The notes under the pieces were generated by a model. That model saw only the letters and a list, made by a program, of their open reading frames with translations. It was not told where the DNA came from and ran no database searches. Below are positions 37,496 through 46,717 of a stretch of 64,000 nt of DNA, in pieces. This DNA is from Patescibacteria group bacterium. Lineage in GTDB: Bacteria; Patescibacteriota; Microgenomatia; Levybacterales; UBA12049. The stretch spans positions 10,966 through 74,965 of the forward strand of contig JAMDAA010000035.1 in the NCBI GenBank assembly GCA_023484045.1. Reading direction: 5' to 3'. Each line of letters opens with the position of its first letter. Positions within the stretch are counted from its first letter, which is position 1. A program made the translations under genes and the position numbers.

Positions 37496-38596
37496 TTACT
37501 CAAAAAAACTTTTATAAAACGACGTGCTTCTTTGAATCGCTGTTTCCCAACTGCCATTATTAAAATTGTGATTCTCTCCGGGGTATGTGTGATAAGTAAC
37601 ATTTTTTCCGAGTTTTTTAAGCTCGTCTACTAATTGGTTAGACCATTTTTGAGGAACTGCTTCATCGTCTCCGCCTTGATGAATTTCAATCGGCGCGTTT
37701 ATCCAGGAGAAATAATTAGTTAGCGAATAGAGTTCAATATCATAACCTTTTTCAAAATCAGCGATAATTTTCCTTAAATACTTTCCGTGGTCATCTAATT
37801 CGTCGGTGTAATAAAAAATCGAATAAGGAAAAGGTTTTGAAACAGGAGCCCAAAGCACAGTCGGGTACCTTCGGCCGGTTATTTCTAAAATAGATAAAGC
37901 AATTTGACCTCCGTTACTGTGTCCCCAAATTCCAACCTTTTCATAATCTGCCTTAGTTTCACTATTAACATTTATTAAGCCTTCATTTATGTTTTTAATC
38001 GAAGAAAGTAAAGTTAGGGCAGTTGTGTATGTTTGAAATCTATCTTCGAGCGAATCAGTCGAGGCAGGAGAGGATTCACTGTAACCTAAAAAATCGGGCG
38101 CTAAAGTTATAAATCCGTTTTGGGCAAAATATTCTCCACCGTGTTGTGTTCCGACTCCAAAATCATAAATTTCTTTATCGACATATCCCCGAAACATAAC
38201 AATTACCGGATACGCGCCTTGTTTTTTCGGGATATTCGCGAGTCCGCTGACTTTTTTAGCTTGCCCTGAGCTCTTCGAGTCTGAGCTTGAGGGTTCCTCC
38301 CTCAGAGTCGAATGACCTGTCGAAGGGACATCAAAATAAAAAACCCGCGAGGTATAATCGGGAGTTTCTTTTATGATCTTTCCAAAAGTGATCGGACTTT
38401 CTTTCCAGCCAGAGGCTGGTCCGCCTTTGGCGGAAAAAGTTTTTTTTAAGTTTTCGAAACTGTATTTTTCAAACTTTTTTTCTTTGATATTGCTTAAAGG
38501 ATTTATTAGAGGTTTTTGTTGCTGACTAAGTAAATAAATTACGCCGATAAGAGCTAAAAAAACGAGGGAGTATACAAGATATATTTTTTTCATCAT
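37496..38596 (-). CDS. Membrane-anchored alpha/beta hydrolase (S9-like) with two REP insertions
   Basis: GHSNGG nucleophile elbow, D and H catalytic residues. Confidence 0.85.
   Translation of the reverse strand: MMKKIYLVYSLVFLALIGVIYLLSQQQKPLINPLSNIKEKKFEKYSFENLKKTFSAKGGPASGWKESPITFGKIIKETPDYTSRVFYFDVPSTGHSTLREEPSSSDSKSSGQAKKVSGLANIPKKQGAYPVIVMFRGYVDKEIYDFGVGTQHGGEYFAQNGFITLAPDFLGYSESSPASTDSLEDRFQTYTTALTLLSSIKNINEGLINVNSETKADYEKVGIWGHSNGGQIALSILEITGRRYPTVLWAPVSKPFPYSIFYYTDELDDHGKYLRKIIADFEKGYDIELYSLTNYFSWINAPIEIHQGGDDEAVPQKWSNQLVDELKKLGKNVTYHTYPGENHNFNNGSWETAIQRSTSFYKSFFE
38260..38327 (-). repeat. PSTGSGQ-type REP split by a nested 45-bp hairpin
   Basis: CTTGCCCTGAG[38271-38315]CCTGTCGAAGGG. 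Confidence 0.85.
38405..38434. repeat. 30-bp twin-hairpin element (SAKGGPASGW)
   Basis: CCAGCC-AGA-GGCTGG TCCGCC-TTT-GGCGGA. Confidence 0.8.
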
Positions 38597-38669
38597 TCCT
38601 ATTATATATGTTTTTAGGACTTGAAGTCATAAACTTTTATTTATATACTCATATTGAGGAATTCGAAAT

Positions 38670-39722
38670 ATGACACGCGTTGCGATTAACGGCTACGGAA
38701 GAATCGGAAGGATCACGCATAGAGTAATTTTAGAAAAATACAATTCCGAAATCGAAGTTGTCGCGATAAATGCAGGTTCATCGACGGATATAAAGGGTTG
38801 GATGTACCTGTTAAAATACGATTCTGCATACGGGCCACTCAATAAGAATTTAGAATCTAAAATTCAGAATTCAGAATTAAATAATTCGATAGGGTCGCTC
38901 ATTATCGACGGAAAGGAAATTCCGGTTTTTTCTCAAAAAGATCCGTCTTTACTTCCTTGGAAGGATTTAAATGTTGATGTTGTTGTCGAATCGACCGGAG
39001 AATTTGAAAAGGAAGAAGAATTAAAAAAGCACATAACCGCGGGGGCAAAAACAGTCGTTTTATCAGCGCCATTAAAAGAGGGAACTTCTCCGACCTATGT
39101 TATTTCCGTAAACGATAAGGATTACAAAGGCGAAAATATTATTAGCAATGCCTCGTGTACAACAAATTGTATCGCGCCCGTTGCAAAGATTATGATCGAA
39201 CATTTTGGGGTCGAAAAAGCGATGATGACAACAATTCATGCTTACACTTCCGATCAAAGACTTCAGGACGGCGGTCACAAAGATTATAGACGGGGAAGGG
39301 CGGCTTCTCAAAATATTGTTCCAACTTCAACCGGCGCGACAAAAGCCGCGGCAAAGGCATTGCCGGAATTACAAGATAAATTTTCTGGCCTTGCGATAAG
39401 AGTCCCGGTAATCATCGGATCGCTTTCCGACTTTACGTTTCTTCTTAAAAAAGAAACAACGGTCGACGAAATTAACAGTGTGTTTAAGCAAGAATCTCAA
39501 AATTCGGCATATAAAGGAATTTTGACAGTGAGCGAAGATCCTTTAGTTTCATCCGACATAATCGGAAATTCAAACTCTTCGATCGTCGATTTGTCGCTTA
39601 CCCAAGTTGTTGGTGGCAATATGGTAAAAGTTGTCGCGTGGTACGATAATGAATATGGTTATGCGTGTCGACTCGTCGAGGAAGCAATAATGGTTGGAAA
39701 GGGGATTAACTCCGCTCAATGA
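38670..39722 (+). CDS. gap: Glyceraldehyde-3-phosphate dehydrogenase (heptamer insert at 38844-38888)
   Basis: INGYGRIGR, SNASCTTNC, WYDNEYGY. Confidence 0.97.
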   Translation: MTRVAINGYGRIGRITHRVILEKYNSEIEVVAINAGSSTDIKGWMYLLKYDSAYGPLNKNLESKIQNSELNNSIGSLIIDGKEIPVFSQKDPSLLPWKDLNVDVVVESTGEFEKEEELKKHITAGAKTVVLSAPLKEGTSPTYVISVNDKDYKGENIISNASCTTNCIAPVAKIMIEHFGVEKAMMTTIHAYTSDQRLQDGGHKDYRRGRAASQNIVPTSTGATKAAAKALPELQDKFSGLAIRVPVIIGSLSDFTFLLKKETTVDEINSVFKQESQNSAYKGILTVSEDPLVSSDIIGNSNSSIVDLSLTQVVGGNMVKVVAWYDNEYGYACRLVEEAIMVGKGINSAQ

Positions 39723-40309
39723 GTACTCCTATTGAACTTCCAAATATAAAAAATATTACAGTTTCTGGAAGAATCGGTGCTGGCGCTACGACTCTTGCTA
39801 AAAAACTTGCAGAAAAATTAAACTGGCGGGTTTTAGAGGGCGGGGATTTATTTGAAAAGATCCATAAAGAATTAGGGCTGAGTCAGACAGAAGTTTTAAA
39901 AAGACCGGACCATTTTGATTTAGAGTACGAAGAAAAAGTAAAAAAAATACTTAGAGAAGAATCTCATCAGATCGTCCAAAGTCATTTGGCAGGATTTGAT
40001 GCCCGGGGAATCGAAGGAGTTTTTAAGATTTTTATTGACTGTGAAGATAGTGAGGGTAATGATAAACCGGAGATTCGAATCGACCGTTTAATTAACCGCG
40101 ACGGGATTTCGATAGAAAATGCCAAAGAAGAGGTATTTGATCGGGAAAAACAACACACAGAAAAATGGCGAAGACTTTATGCCGGAAGCGACCCAAATTG
40201 GGTTTATTGGGATAAAAAATATTACGATTTAGTAATTAATACTTACTCGCATAACCAGGAAGAAACTCTCAAACTCGCCCTTTCAGCGATGGGATATAAG
40301 CGGATTTAA
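39719..40309 (+). CDS. Cytidylate kinase-like protein (archaeal type)
   Basis: ITVSGRIGAGATT P-loop, YDLVINT. Confidence 0.75.
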   Translation: MSTPIELPNIKNITVSGRIGAGATTLAKKLAEKLNWRVLEGGDLFEKIHKELGLSQTEVLKRPDHFDLEYEEKVKKILREESHQIVQSHLAGFDARGIEGVFKIFIDCEDSEGNDKPEIRIDRLINRDGISIENAKEEVFDREKQHTEKWRRLYAGSDPNWVYWDKKYYDLVINTYSHNQEETLKLALSAMGYKRI

Positions 40310-40310
40310 A

Positions 40311-41204
40311 TTAAACCTTCAATCCTTTGCAAATAGCTACTGGGATCATTGTAAGAGGACCAGATTTGCCCCAAAGATATTTATAGTCAGGAGCTGTTTT
40401 AAGTCTACTTTTTCGAAGCATAATCTCGTCAAAATATGGGTTAAGTAATTCATATTGTTGTGCGATCATCTGTCCTTCCGAGCCGATCTCAGCACCTGGA
40501 ACGTTTGGATAAAATGCAAATATGCCATCTGGGAGAAGCATCTCGGAGAGCGTAGGAAGATATAATAAATCATTTATTCCTCTGTCCTCTGGTCTTAGAG
40601 GAAAGGTATCTGAAATTATTATATCGAACTTTTTGCGTCTTTCAGCAAGGCTTTTCGCTACTTCACCTGCCTCGCCGTTATATAAAACTATTTTTATAAT
40701 TGGTTTTGTACCCGGTACTTCATGTGATGTGCCCGTAAAACTTTTTTCCCATCTCTCTTTCCATTTTTCGGATCTTTCGTAGACATCTTTATTTAGTTCA
40801 ACAACACGGTATTCTCCTCTTCCGCGACCCACTAATTTCTGAATTACGCGGTTACCAGTTATACCAATTCCAAAACCTAATTCTAAAACTCTAACAGGCG
40901 CTTTTCTATCTCTTATAAGTTGATCAAAAGCGAGACTTACGGTATCACTACACCATGGAGTTTCGCACGTATCCATGACCTGATTACCCATAATAATTAG
41001 TCTTGTTCCAGCATCATAGTCATAAAAAGTCCCGTCTCCGTAATAAAATCTGCCTTTAGGATAGCTAATATATTCTGCCTTGGCATTTCTCCATACTTCA
41101 ATTGGATTACCGGTTTCCCCATCTTTACCACCATCATGATTTCTGTTTCCATTAAATATTGCCTGCGCCGTTAATTGTTGTAGTACTTCTGGATTAACAC
41201 TCAT
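40311..41204 (-). CDS. Class I SAM methyltransferase, GAMT/Rmt2-like
   Basis: VMDTCETPW, VLELGFGIG, FDIIISDTFPL. Confidence 0.7.
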   Translation of the reverse strand: MSVNPEVLQQLTAQAIFNGNRNHDGGKDGETGNPIEVWRNAKAEYISYPKGRFYYGDGTFYDYDAGTRLIIMGNQVMDTCETPWCSDTVSLAFDQLIRDRKAPVRVLELGFGIGITGNRVIQKLVGRGRGEYRVVELNKDVYERSEKWKERWEKSFTGTSHEVPGTKPIIKIVLYNGEAGEVAKSLAERRKKFDIIISDTFPLRPEDRGINDLLYLPTLSEMLLPDGIFAFYPNVPGAEIGSEGQMIAQQYELLNPYFDEIMLRKSRLKTAPDYKYLWGKSGPLTMIPVAICKGLKV

Positions 41205-41344
41205 AATAATTTAATATTGTGTCTGCGTATTCTATAGCGAGTACGATTATAAGTCAAGCGTAGATAAGCCATCTATTGGATGAATAATTAAGATATTGCA
41301 AAGCAATATTTTATAAGATACAATTTCAATGCAAAATTAAATTT

Positions 41345-42591
41345 ATGAGAGTAGCAGCCATAATGCAGAAAAAAGTTGATTATGTCACCACTAAAGATTC
41401 GGTCGGTCACGTGTCTCGTATTATATTTGGCCACGGAATAAATGGCGTCCCTGTTTGTAAGGATAAAAAGCTAGTAGGATTTATTACGGAGCGCGACATA
41501 TTATCGAAATTTTTCCCATCAATGCAGGAATATATAGAAGATCCTGTTCACGCTAGAGACTTTGAGTCGATGGAAAAGAAAATTTCCGAAATCCTGTCTT
41601 TGAGTGCGGATGACATAATGACTAAAAATCCAATAAGCATAACTTCCGATACCCCCGTTCTTCACGCGCAATCTCTAATGTTTGTTAACAAAATCGGACG
41701 GCTGCCTATCGTAGATGATTCTGGAACACTTGTGGGAATAATATCTAAAGGCGATATTTTTAAAGCAGTTGTTGGGAAAAAATTAATTTTAGGAGAAGAA
41801 GAGGGTTTTTATGATTGGATGTCTAAATATTATGATGTTTTGATAGATTGGGAAGAAAGATTATCACAAGAGATTCCTGATCTCGTAGAGCTTTTTAAAG
41901 CTGAAAATACGAAAAGGATTTTAGATGTTGCTTCTAGCACGGGAGAACATTCAATTGGTCTTGTAAAAAAGGGATTCCAAATATGCGGTTTAGACAGAAG
42001 TAGTCTTATAAATGAAGTTGCGGAAAAAAAGAAAAATAAATTAGTTGAAGAACAAAAAGAAAGAATAAAGTTCTTCGCTGGGAATTATAAAGAAATAATA
42101 TCATCACTCCCTCATACGTTCGATGCGGCAATTTTCATGGGAAACGCTTTACCACATGTTATAAACACAAAAAAAGACATAGTAAAAGAAGTTGTTAAGG
42201 TTCTAGAACCAAAAAACTCGTTATTATTTTTTCAAATTATAAATTTTGATCGAATATTTGAGTTACGCGGGGGAGTTAGAGAATTTGTAGTAAGGAAATC
42301 GAGTATAGGCTATGGTCAAGAGCACGCTTTTTTACTTTTTATAAAAAAAGGACAAATAATACTGTAATTTATACTCGTGCAATCTTTGATTTCATCGGCG
42401 ATAAGTGGAGTTTCAAAACGATGAATAGCACGATAATAACCTATATTGGAAAAAAAGAGATTACTGAAATATTAAATAAATTTGGTTTTTTAAAAGTAAA
42501 ATTTTACGGAGGTCAATTTTATGGTCCTTTATTTAAGGAGCCGTTTAAGCCCTTGGAGAGCGACTGGTTGAATGTTGTGGCGAAAAGATAA
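41345..42591 (+). CDS. CBS-pair + SAM methyltransferase fusion, interrupted by a -1 frameshift near 42328-42349
   Basis: ORF stops at 42367; the -1 frame continues TVIYTRAIFD...GFLKVKFYG...LNVVAKR* to 42591. Confidence 0.75.
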
Positions 42592-42635
42592 ATTTATTTG
42601 ACATAGTAATATAAAAGGTGTATGTTATAAACGAA

Positions 42636-43187
42636 ATGAGAAAGTTTTTTCTCGTCGCGATCGCATTCTTAATATTTCTCCAAACTTATAAAGTTTCTTT
42701 TGCTCAAGAGAAAATTACTCCAACTTCAACTCCTTTTCCGACTCCAACACCAATTGAGTATCAGCTTCCATATCCGGGTCTTTTGCCCGATCATCCGTTA
42801 TATTTTATAAAAGCGGTAAGAGATAAAATTATGGACGTTTTAATTTCTGATCCATTTAAAAAAGCCGAATTTAATTTACTTTCGGCAGATAAGCGTTTAA
42901 ACGCCGGAATTTTTCTTTTTAAGAATGGCAAACAACAGTTAGCCGCCGACACGATTTCCAAAGGAGAAAATTATTTTGAAAAAGCGATTGATAACGCAAA
43001 AGAAGCAAAAAAGCAGGGGAAAGATGTTAATGGTATTATTTCAAGACTGCTGCTTTCTGTGAAGAAACAACAAGCTGTCATTAAAGATCTCGAAAATAAA
43101 GCGTCGGGCAAGGTAACACAGAGTTTAAATTTAAGTCTGCAAAGGGCGACTGATCTAGAAAAACAGGTAAATACGATTAATCTTTAA
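42636..43187 (+). CDS. Secreted CPR protein (PGLLPDHPLYF motif, DUF5667-like)
   Basis: Signal peptide plus YQLPYPGLLPDHPLYFIK. Confidence 0.75.
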   Translation: MRKFFLVAIAFLIFLQTYKVSFAQEKITPTSTPFPTPTPIEYQLPYPGLLPDHPLYFIKAVRDKIMDVLISDPFKKAEFNLLSADKRLNAGIFLFKNGKQQLAADTISKGENYFEKAIDNAKEAKKQGKDVNGIISRLLLSVKKQQAVIKDLENKASGKVTQSLNLSLQRATDLEKQVNTINL

Positions 43188-43360
43188 TTGTTACTGAAAA
43201 GTTCTTAATTGTTTATTTTTTTTACTCACGTACCTAACCCAAAAATACACTTATTCTAATAGTCCTATATTTTTTTTACTCTATTTTTTTCCCGTTAATG
43301 AAACTTTGAAAAACCGAGGCTAGAAAAATAACTGACTAATTTTGATATATTTATTGATAG

Positions 43361-43413
43361 TTGACACGGCAGATCTAGGGTCATATTATTTGTCTTGGCA
43401 CTAGATATAGAGT
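43361..43413 (+). promoter_or_regulatory. Sigma70 promoter overlapped by tandem NrdR boxes
   Basis: TTGACA-17-TATTAT; boxes ACGGCAGATCTAGGGT (43366) and GCACTAGATATAGAGT (43398), 32 bp apart. Confidence 0.7.
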
Positions 43414-43421
43414 TTTTAGTT

Positions 43422-43871
43422 ATGAAGTGTCCTTATTGCGGAAGCACAGATACAGAAGTAATCGAAACAAGAGACAGTGAAGATCTTGAAACAATAAGGA
43501 GAAGGAGATCATGCTTAAAGTGCGGAAAAAGATTTACAACTTATGAAAGAGTGGAAAATATTAATTTAGTCGTAATAAAAAAGGAAGGAAAAAGAGAGCA
43601 GTTTAACAGAGATAAATTAAAAAGCGGAATTTTAAAGGCGAGTGAAAAAACAGCGGTGTCGGTCGACGCGATCGAAAAAATCGTGACAGAAATAGAGCAT
43701 GAATTAAGAAGCGCAGATTCAGTCGAAGTCGAAAGTAAAAAAATCGGGCAAATGGTTGCGAACAAACTTAAAAAAATCGACAAAATCGCTTATATTAGAT
43801 TCTCAAGCGTTTTTAGACGATTTGTCGACGTCGAAGATTTCGAAAAAGAAGTAAAAAAACTTATTAAATAA
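43422..43871 (+). CDS. nrdR: Transcriptional repressor NrdR
   Basis: MKCPYCG...IRRRRSC..CGKRFTTYE; ATP cone. Confidence 0.96.
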   Translation: MKCPYCGSTDTEVIETRDSEDLETIRRRRSCLKCGKRFTTYERVENINLVVIKKEGKREQFNRDKLKSGILKASEKTAVSVDAIEKIVTEIEHELRSADSVEVESKKIGQMVANKLKKIDKIAYIRFSSVFRRFVDVEDFEKEVKKLIK

Positions 43872-43895
43872 TCCGCCAGAGGCGAGACAAGAATT

Positions 43896-46397
43896 ATGAA
43901 ACTTGACGGAATAAGACAACAGGTATTTTTAGACAGATACGCCTTAAAAGATAAAAAAGGACATCCGATTGAACAAGCTCCAGATGAAATGTGGCAAAGA
44001 GTCGCGCGTGGTGTTTCTCAGGCTGAAAAAAAAGAAGACAGAAAACTTTGGGAGAAAAAATTTGTCGACGCGATGAAGGATTTCAAATTTGTACCGGGCG
44101 GGAGAATTTTGGCTGGCGCTGGAACCGGTTTTGACGTAACATTTTATAATTGTTTTGTTTTGCCTTCTCCCGCCGATTCAAGAGACGGAATTTTGGATAA
44201 TCTTAAATCGATGATCGAGATTATGGCGCGGGGCGGAGGTGCGGGGATTAATCTTTCTTCTCTTAGGCCTCGCGGAGCGAGGGTTAAAAAAGTAAACGGA
44301 TTTTCATCGGGGCCGTGTAATTGGGCAGAGCTTTATTCGATCGCGACTCATGACATTATTCAACAAGGAGGATCAAGGCGAGGCGCTTTGATGCTCATGC
44401 TCTGGGACTGGCATCCGGATATAGAAGAGTTTGTTACTGTAAAACAGGATTTAAGAAAAATAACGGGCGCTAATCTTTCGGTTTGCGTATCCGATAGATT
44501 TATGGAAGCGGTAAAAAAAGATGAAAATTGGGATTTAGTATTTCCTGACCTTTCAGATAAAGATTACGACGAAAAGTGGGACGGAGATTTAACTACCTGG
44601 AGAGCATTAAAAAAGAAAGTAAAAGTATACAAAACAATAAAAGCTAGACATCTTTGGAATTTAATTTGTGAGGCCGCGTGGAAAAGCGCTGAACCTGGAA
44701 TCGTTTTTATGGAACGCTACAATAAAATGTACAACAATTGGTATTGGAACAGGGTTAATTGTACAAATCCGTGTGGAGAAGAAGGACTTCCGGCGTGGGG
44801 CGTATGTAATTTAAGTTCGCTCAATCTTTCGGCTTTTGTAAGGGGTTATTCTGTCGACAAGCCGGGAGAGATGGATTATAAAAGTTTGGCAGAACACGCA
44901 AAAATCGGAGTAAGGCTTCAAGACGACGTGATTAATATTGATAGTTACGCTTTCCCCGAAATCAAAGAGATGCAGGTAAACGGAGAGCGAAGAATCGGTC
45001 TCGGGACTTTGGGACTCGGCGACGCGCTTATAAAGATGCATCTTCGCTATGGATCGGATAAGTCGCTTAAAGTGATCGAAAAAATTTTCAAAACAATAAG
45101 AGACGCGGCGTATGAAGCGTCGACAGAAATCGCGAAAGAAAAAGGTGCTTTCCCGAAATTTAACGCGACAAAATATCTAAAAGGATATTTTATAAAAAAA
45201 CTTCCAAAAAATCTTCGAGACAAAATCAGAAAATACGGAATCAGAAATTCGCTTCTTTTGCAGGAAGCACCCACCGGCTCAACGAGTCTTTTATCCGGAG
45301 TTTCGTCCGGTATCGAACCGATTTACGAATTCGAATTTATCAGAAAAGACAGACTTGGTGAACATAAGATGTTTCACCCCCTTTATGAAGAATGGAAAAA
45401 AGCCCATCCGAATTCACTAACTAGTGAAAGACCCGATTATTTTGTTTCGGCGAATGATTTAACACCGGAGGATCATGTAAAAGTTCAATCGACAATTCAG
45501 CAATACGTCGATGCGTCGATTTCTAAAACCGTTAACGCGCCAAAAATACACACGGTAGAAGATGTTAAAAAATTGTACGAGCTCGCGTATAAACTCGGTT
45601 GTAAAGGAATTACATACATGAGGGAGGGTTCAAGAGAAGGGGTTCTGACAAGAATCGATGCTTCGGCAAGCTCAGCACAAGAGAAAAAAGAAGAACAGCC
45701 GGTTGCTACTACACAAGTGGTTTATTCTCATAAACCGATGGTTGCGCGGCCGGAAAGAGCAGAAGGAGTTACTTACAGAACTCAAACCCCGATCGGCGAA
45801 GCGTTTATTACGATAAATCACGATGAAAACAAAGAACCGTTTGAAATGTTTATTACGATCGGAAAATCGGGGTCAGATATTGCCGCGATGGCAGAGGCGC
45901 TAGGCAGAATAGTATCGTTGAACTTAAGACTTTCAGGCGGGCTTTCCCCGCGCGAGAGAGTTAGACAGGTTATCGCTCAGCTTGCCGGAATCGGCGGTGC
46001 AAGAAGTGTTGGGTTTGGTAAAGAAAAAGTTAGGTCTTTACCCGATGCAGTCGCAAAAGTTTTAGCGAGACATTTTAACTTTTCTGTAAACGGTAAAGTC
46101 GAAGATAAAAAAATGGTCGCAGTAACAAACGGAGAAGCAAAAGAGATGGTCGAAAAACAAGATCAGAGAGTAATTAAAAACGGAGAAAGTAAATTAGATG
46201 TTAAAGAATTTAAAGAAAAACAAGATATTATTATGCTTCAACAGCTTTCTATCGAAGGACAAGCGAGTGGTTTGTCGCTTGAGCATTCTTCGACCAGCAC
46301 GAGTCTTTTTGATGTGTGTCCGGATTGCGGAAGCGGAAGTTTAGCGTACGAAGAAGGCTGTAGAAAATGTTACAGCTGTGGTTATTCAGAATGTTAA
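43896..46397 (+). CDS. nrdJ: Class II (AdoCbl-dependent) ribonucleotide reductase
   Basis: NCFV, TNPCGE, APTGS, ISKTVN, C-terminal CPDCG..CYSCGYSEC; REP at 45659-45681. Confidence 0.93.
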   Translation: MKLDGIRQQVFLDRYALKDKKGHPIEQAPDEMWQRVARGVSQAEKKEDRKLWEKKFVDAMKDFKFVPGGRILAGAGTGFDVTFYNCFVLPSPADSRDGILDNLKSMIEIMARGGGAGINLSSLRPRGARVKKVNGFSSGPCNWAELYSIATHDIIQQGGSRRGALMLMLWDWHPDIEEFVTVKQDLRKITGANLSVCVSDRFMEAVKKDENWDLVFPDLSDKDYDEKWDGDLTTWRALKKKVKVYKTIKARHLWNLICEAAWKSAEPGIVFMERYNKMYNNWYWNRVNCTNPCGEEGLPAWGVCNLSSLNLSAFVRGYSVDKPGEMDYKSLAEHAKIGVRLQDDVINIDSYAFPEIKEMQVNGERRIGLGTLGLGDALIKMHLRYGSDKSLKVIEKIFKTIRDAAYEASTEIAKEKGAFPKFNATKYLKGYFIKKLPKNLRDKIRKYGIRNSLLLQEAPTGSTSLLSGVSSGIEPIYEFEFIRKDRLGEHKMFHPLYEEWKKAHPNSLTSERPDYFVSANDLTPEDHVKVQSTIQQYVDASISKTVNAPKIHTVEDVKKLYELAYKLGCKGITYMREGSREGVLTRIDASASSAQEKKEEQPVATTQVVYSHKPMVARPERAEGVTYRTQTPIGEAFITINHDENKEPFEMFITIGKSGSDIAAMAEALGRIVSLNLRLSGGLSPRERVRQVIAQLAGIGGARSVGFGKEKVRSLPDAVAKVLARHFNFSVNGKVEDKKMVAVTNGEAKEMVEKQDQRVIKNGESKLDVKEFKEKQDIIMLQQLSIEGQASGLSLEHSSTSTSLFDVCPDCGSGSLAYEEGCRKCYSCGYSEC

Positions 46398-46400
46398 GAT

Positions 46401-46492
46401 CAAAAATCAACCCTTCGATTTCGCCAAGTCAGACTTGGCTTCGCTCAGGGCAAGAATTCAAAAATCAAAACTACAAGTTAAAACTCAAAAGT
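46401..46492 (+). repeat. Orphan heptamer arm (4+6+2) carrying a nested 44-bp REP (46411-46454)
   Basis: Removing the REP restores CAAAAAT CAAAATT CAAAAAT CAAAACT ACAAGT TAAAACT CAAAAGT. Confidence 0.85.
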
Positions 46493-46530
46493 GTTAAAAT
46501 CAGAAAGATAAATTTAAATTTTAAAATTTA

Positions 46531-46605
46531 GGGCAAAAGTTCCGAAGTCTGTGGAAATCAAACGCTGTGCCGCAACCGTAATAGTCGGGGCGAAGGCTTT
46601 TGCTG
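46531..46605 (+). promoter_or_regulatory. Compact cobalamin riboswitch
   Basis: GAAGTCTGTGGAAATCAAACGCTGTGCCGCAACCGTAATAGTCGG core closed by GCAAAAGTT/GGCTTTTGC; upstream of pduO. Confidence 0.7.
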
Positions 46606-46646
46606 TTTTAAAAATTCTTCGAGCAAAGAATAGTATTTTATAAAAT

Positions 46647-46672
46647 ACCTTCTCGACTCGAGAAGGTTTTTT
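46647..46672 (+). terminator. Intrinsic terminator (riboswitch expression platform)
   Basis: ACCTTCTCG-ACT-CGAGAAGGT followed by a T run. Confidence 0.75.
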
Positions 46673-46717
46673 GTAGATTCGAATACATTTGTATTATTTC
46701 GATTAGCATTTATTAGT

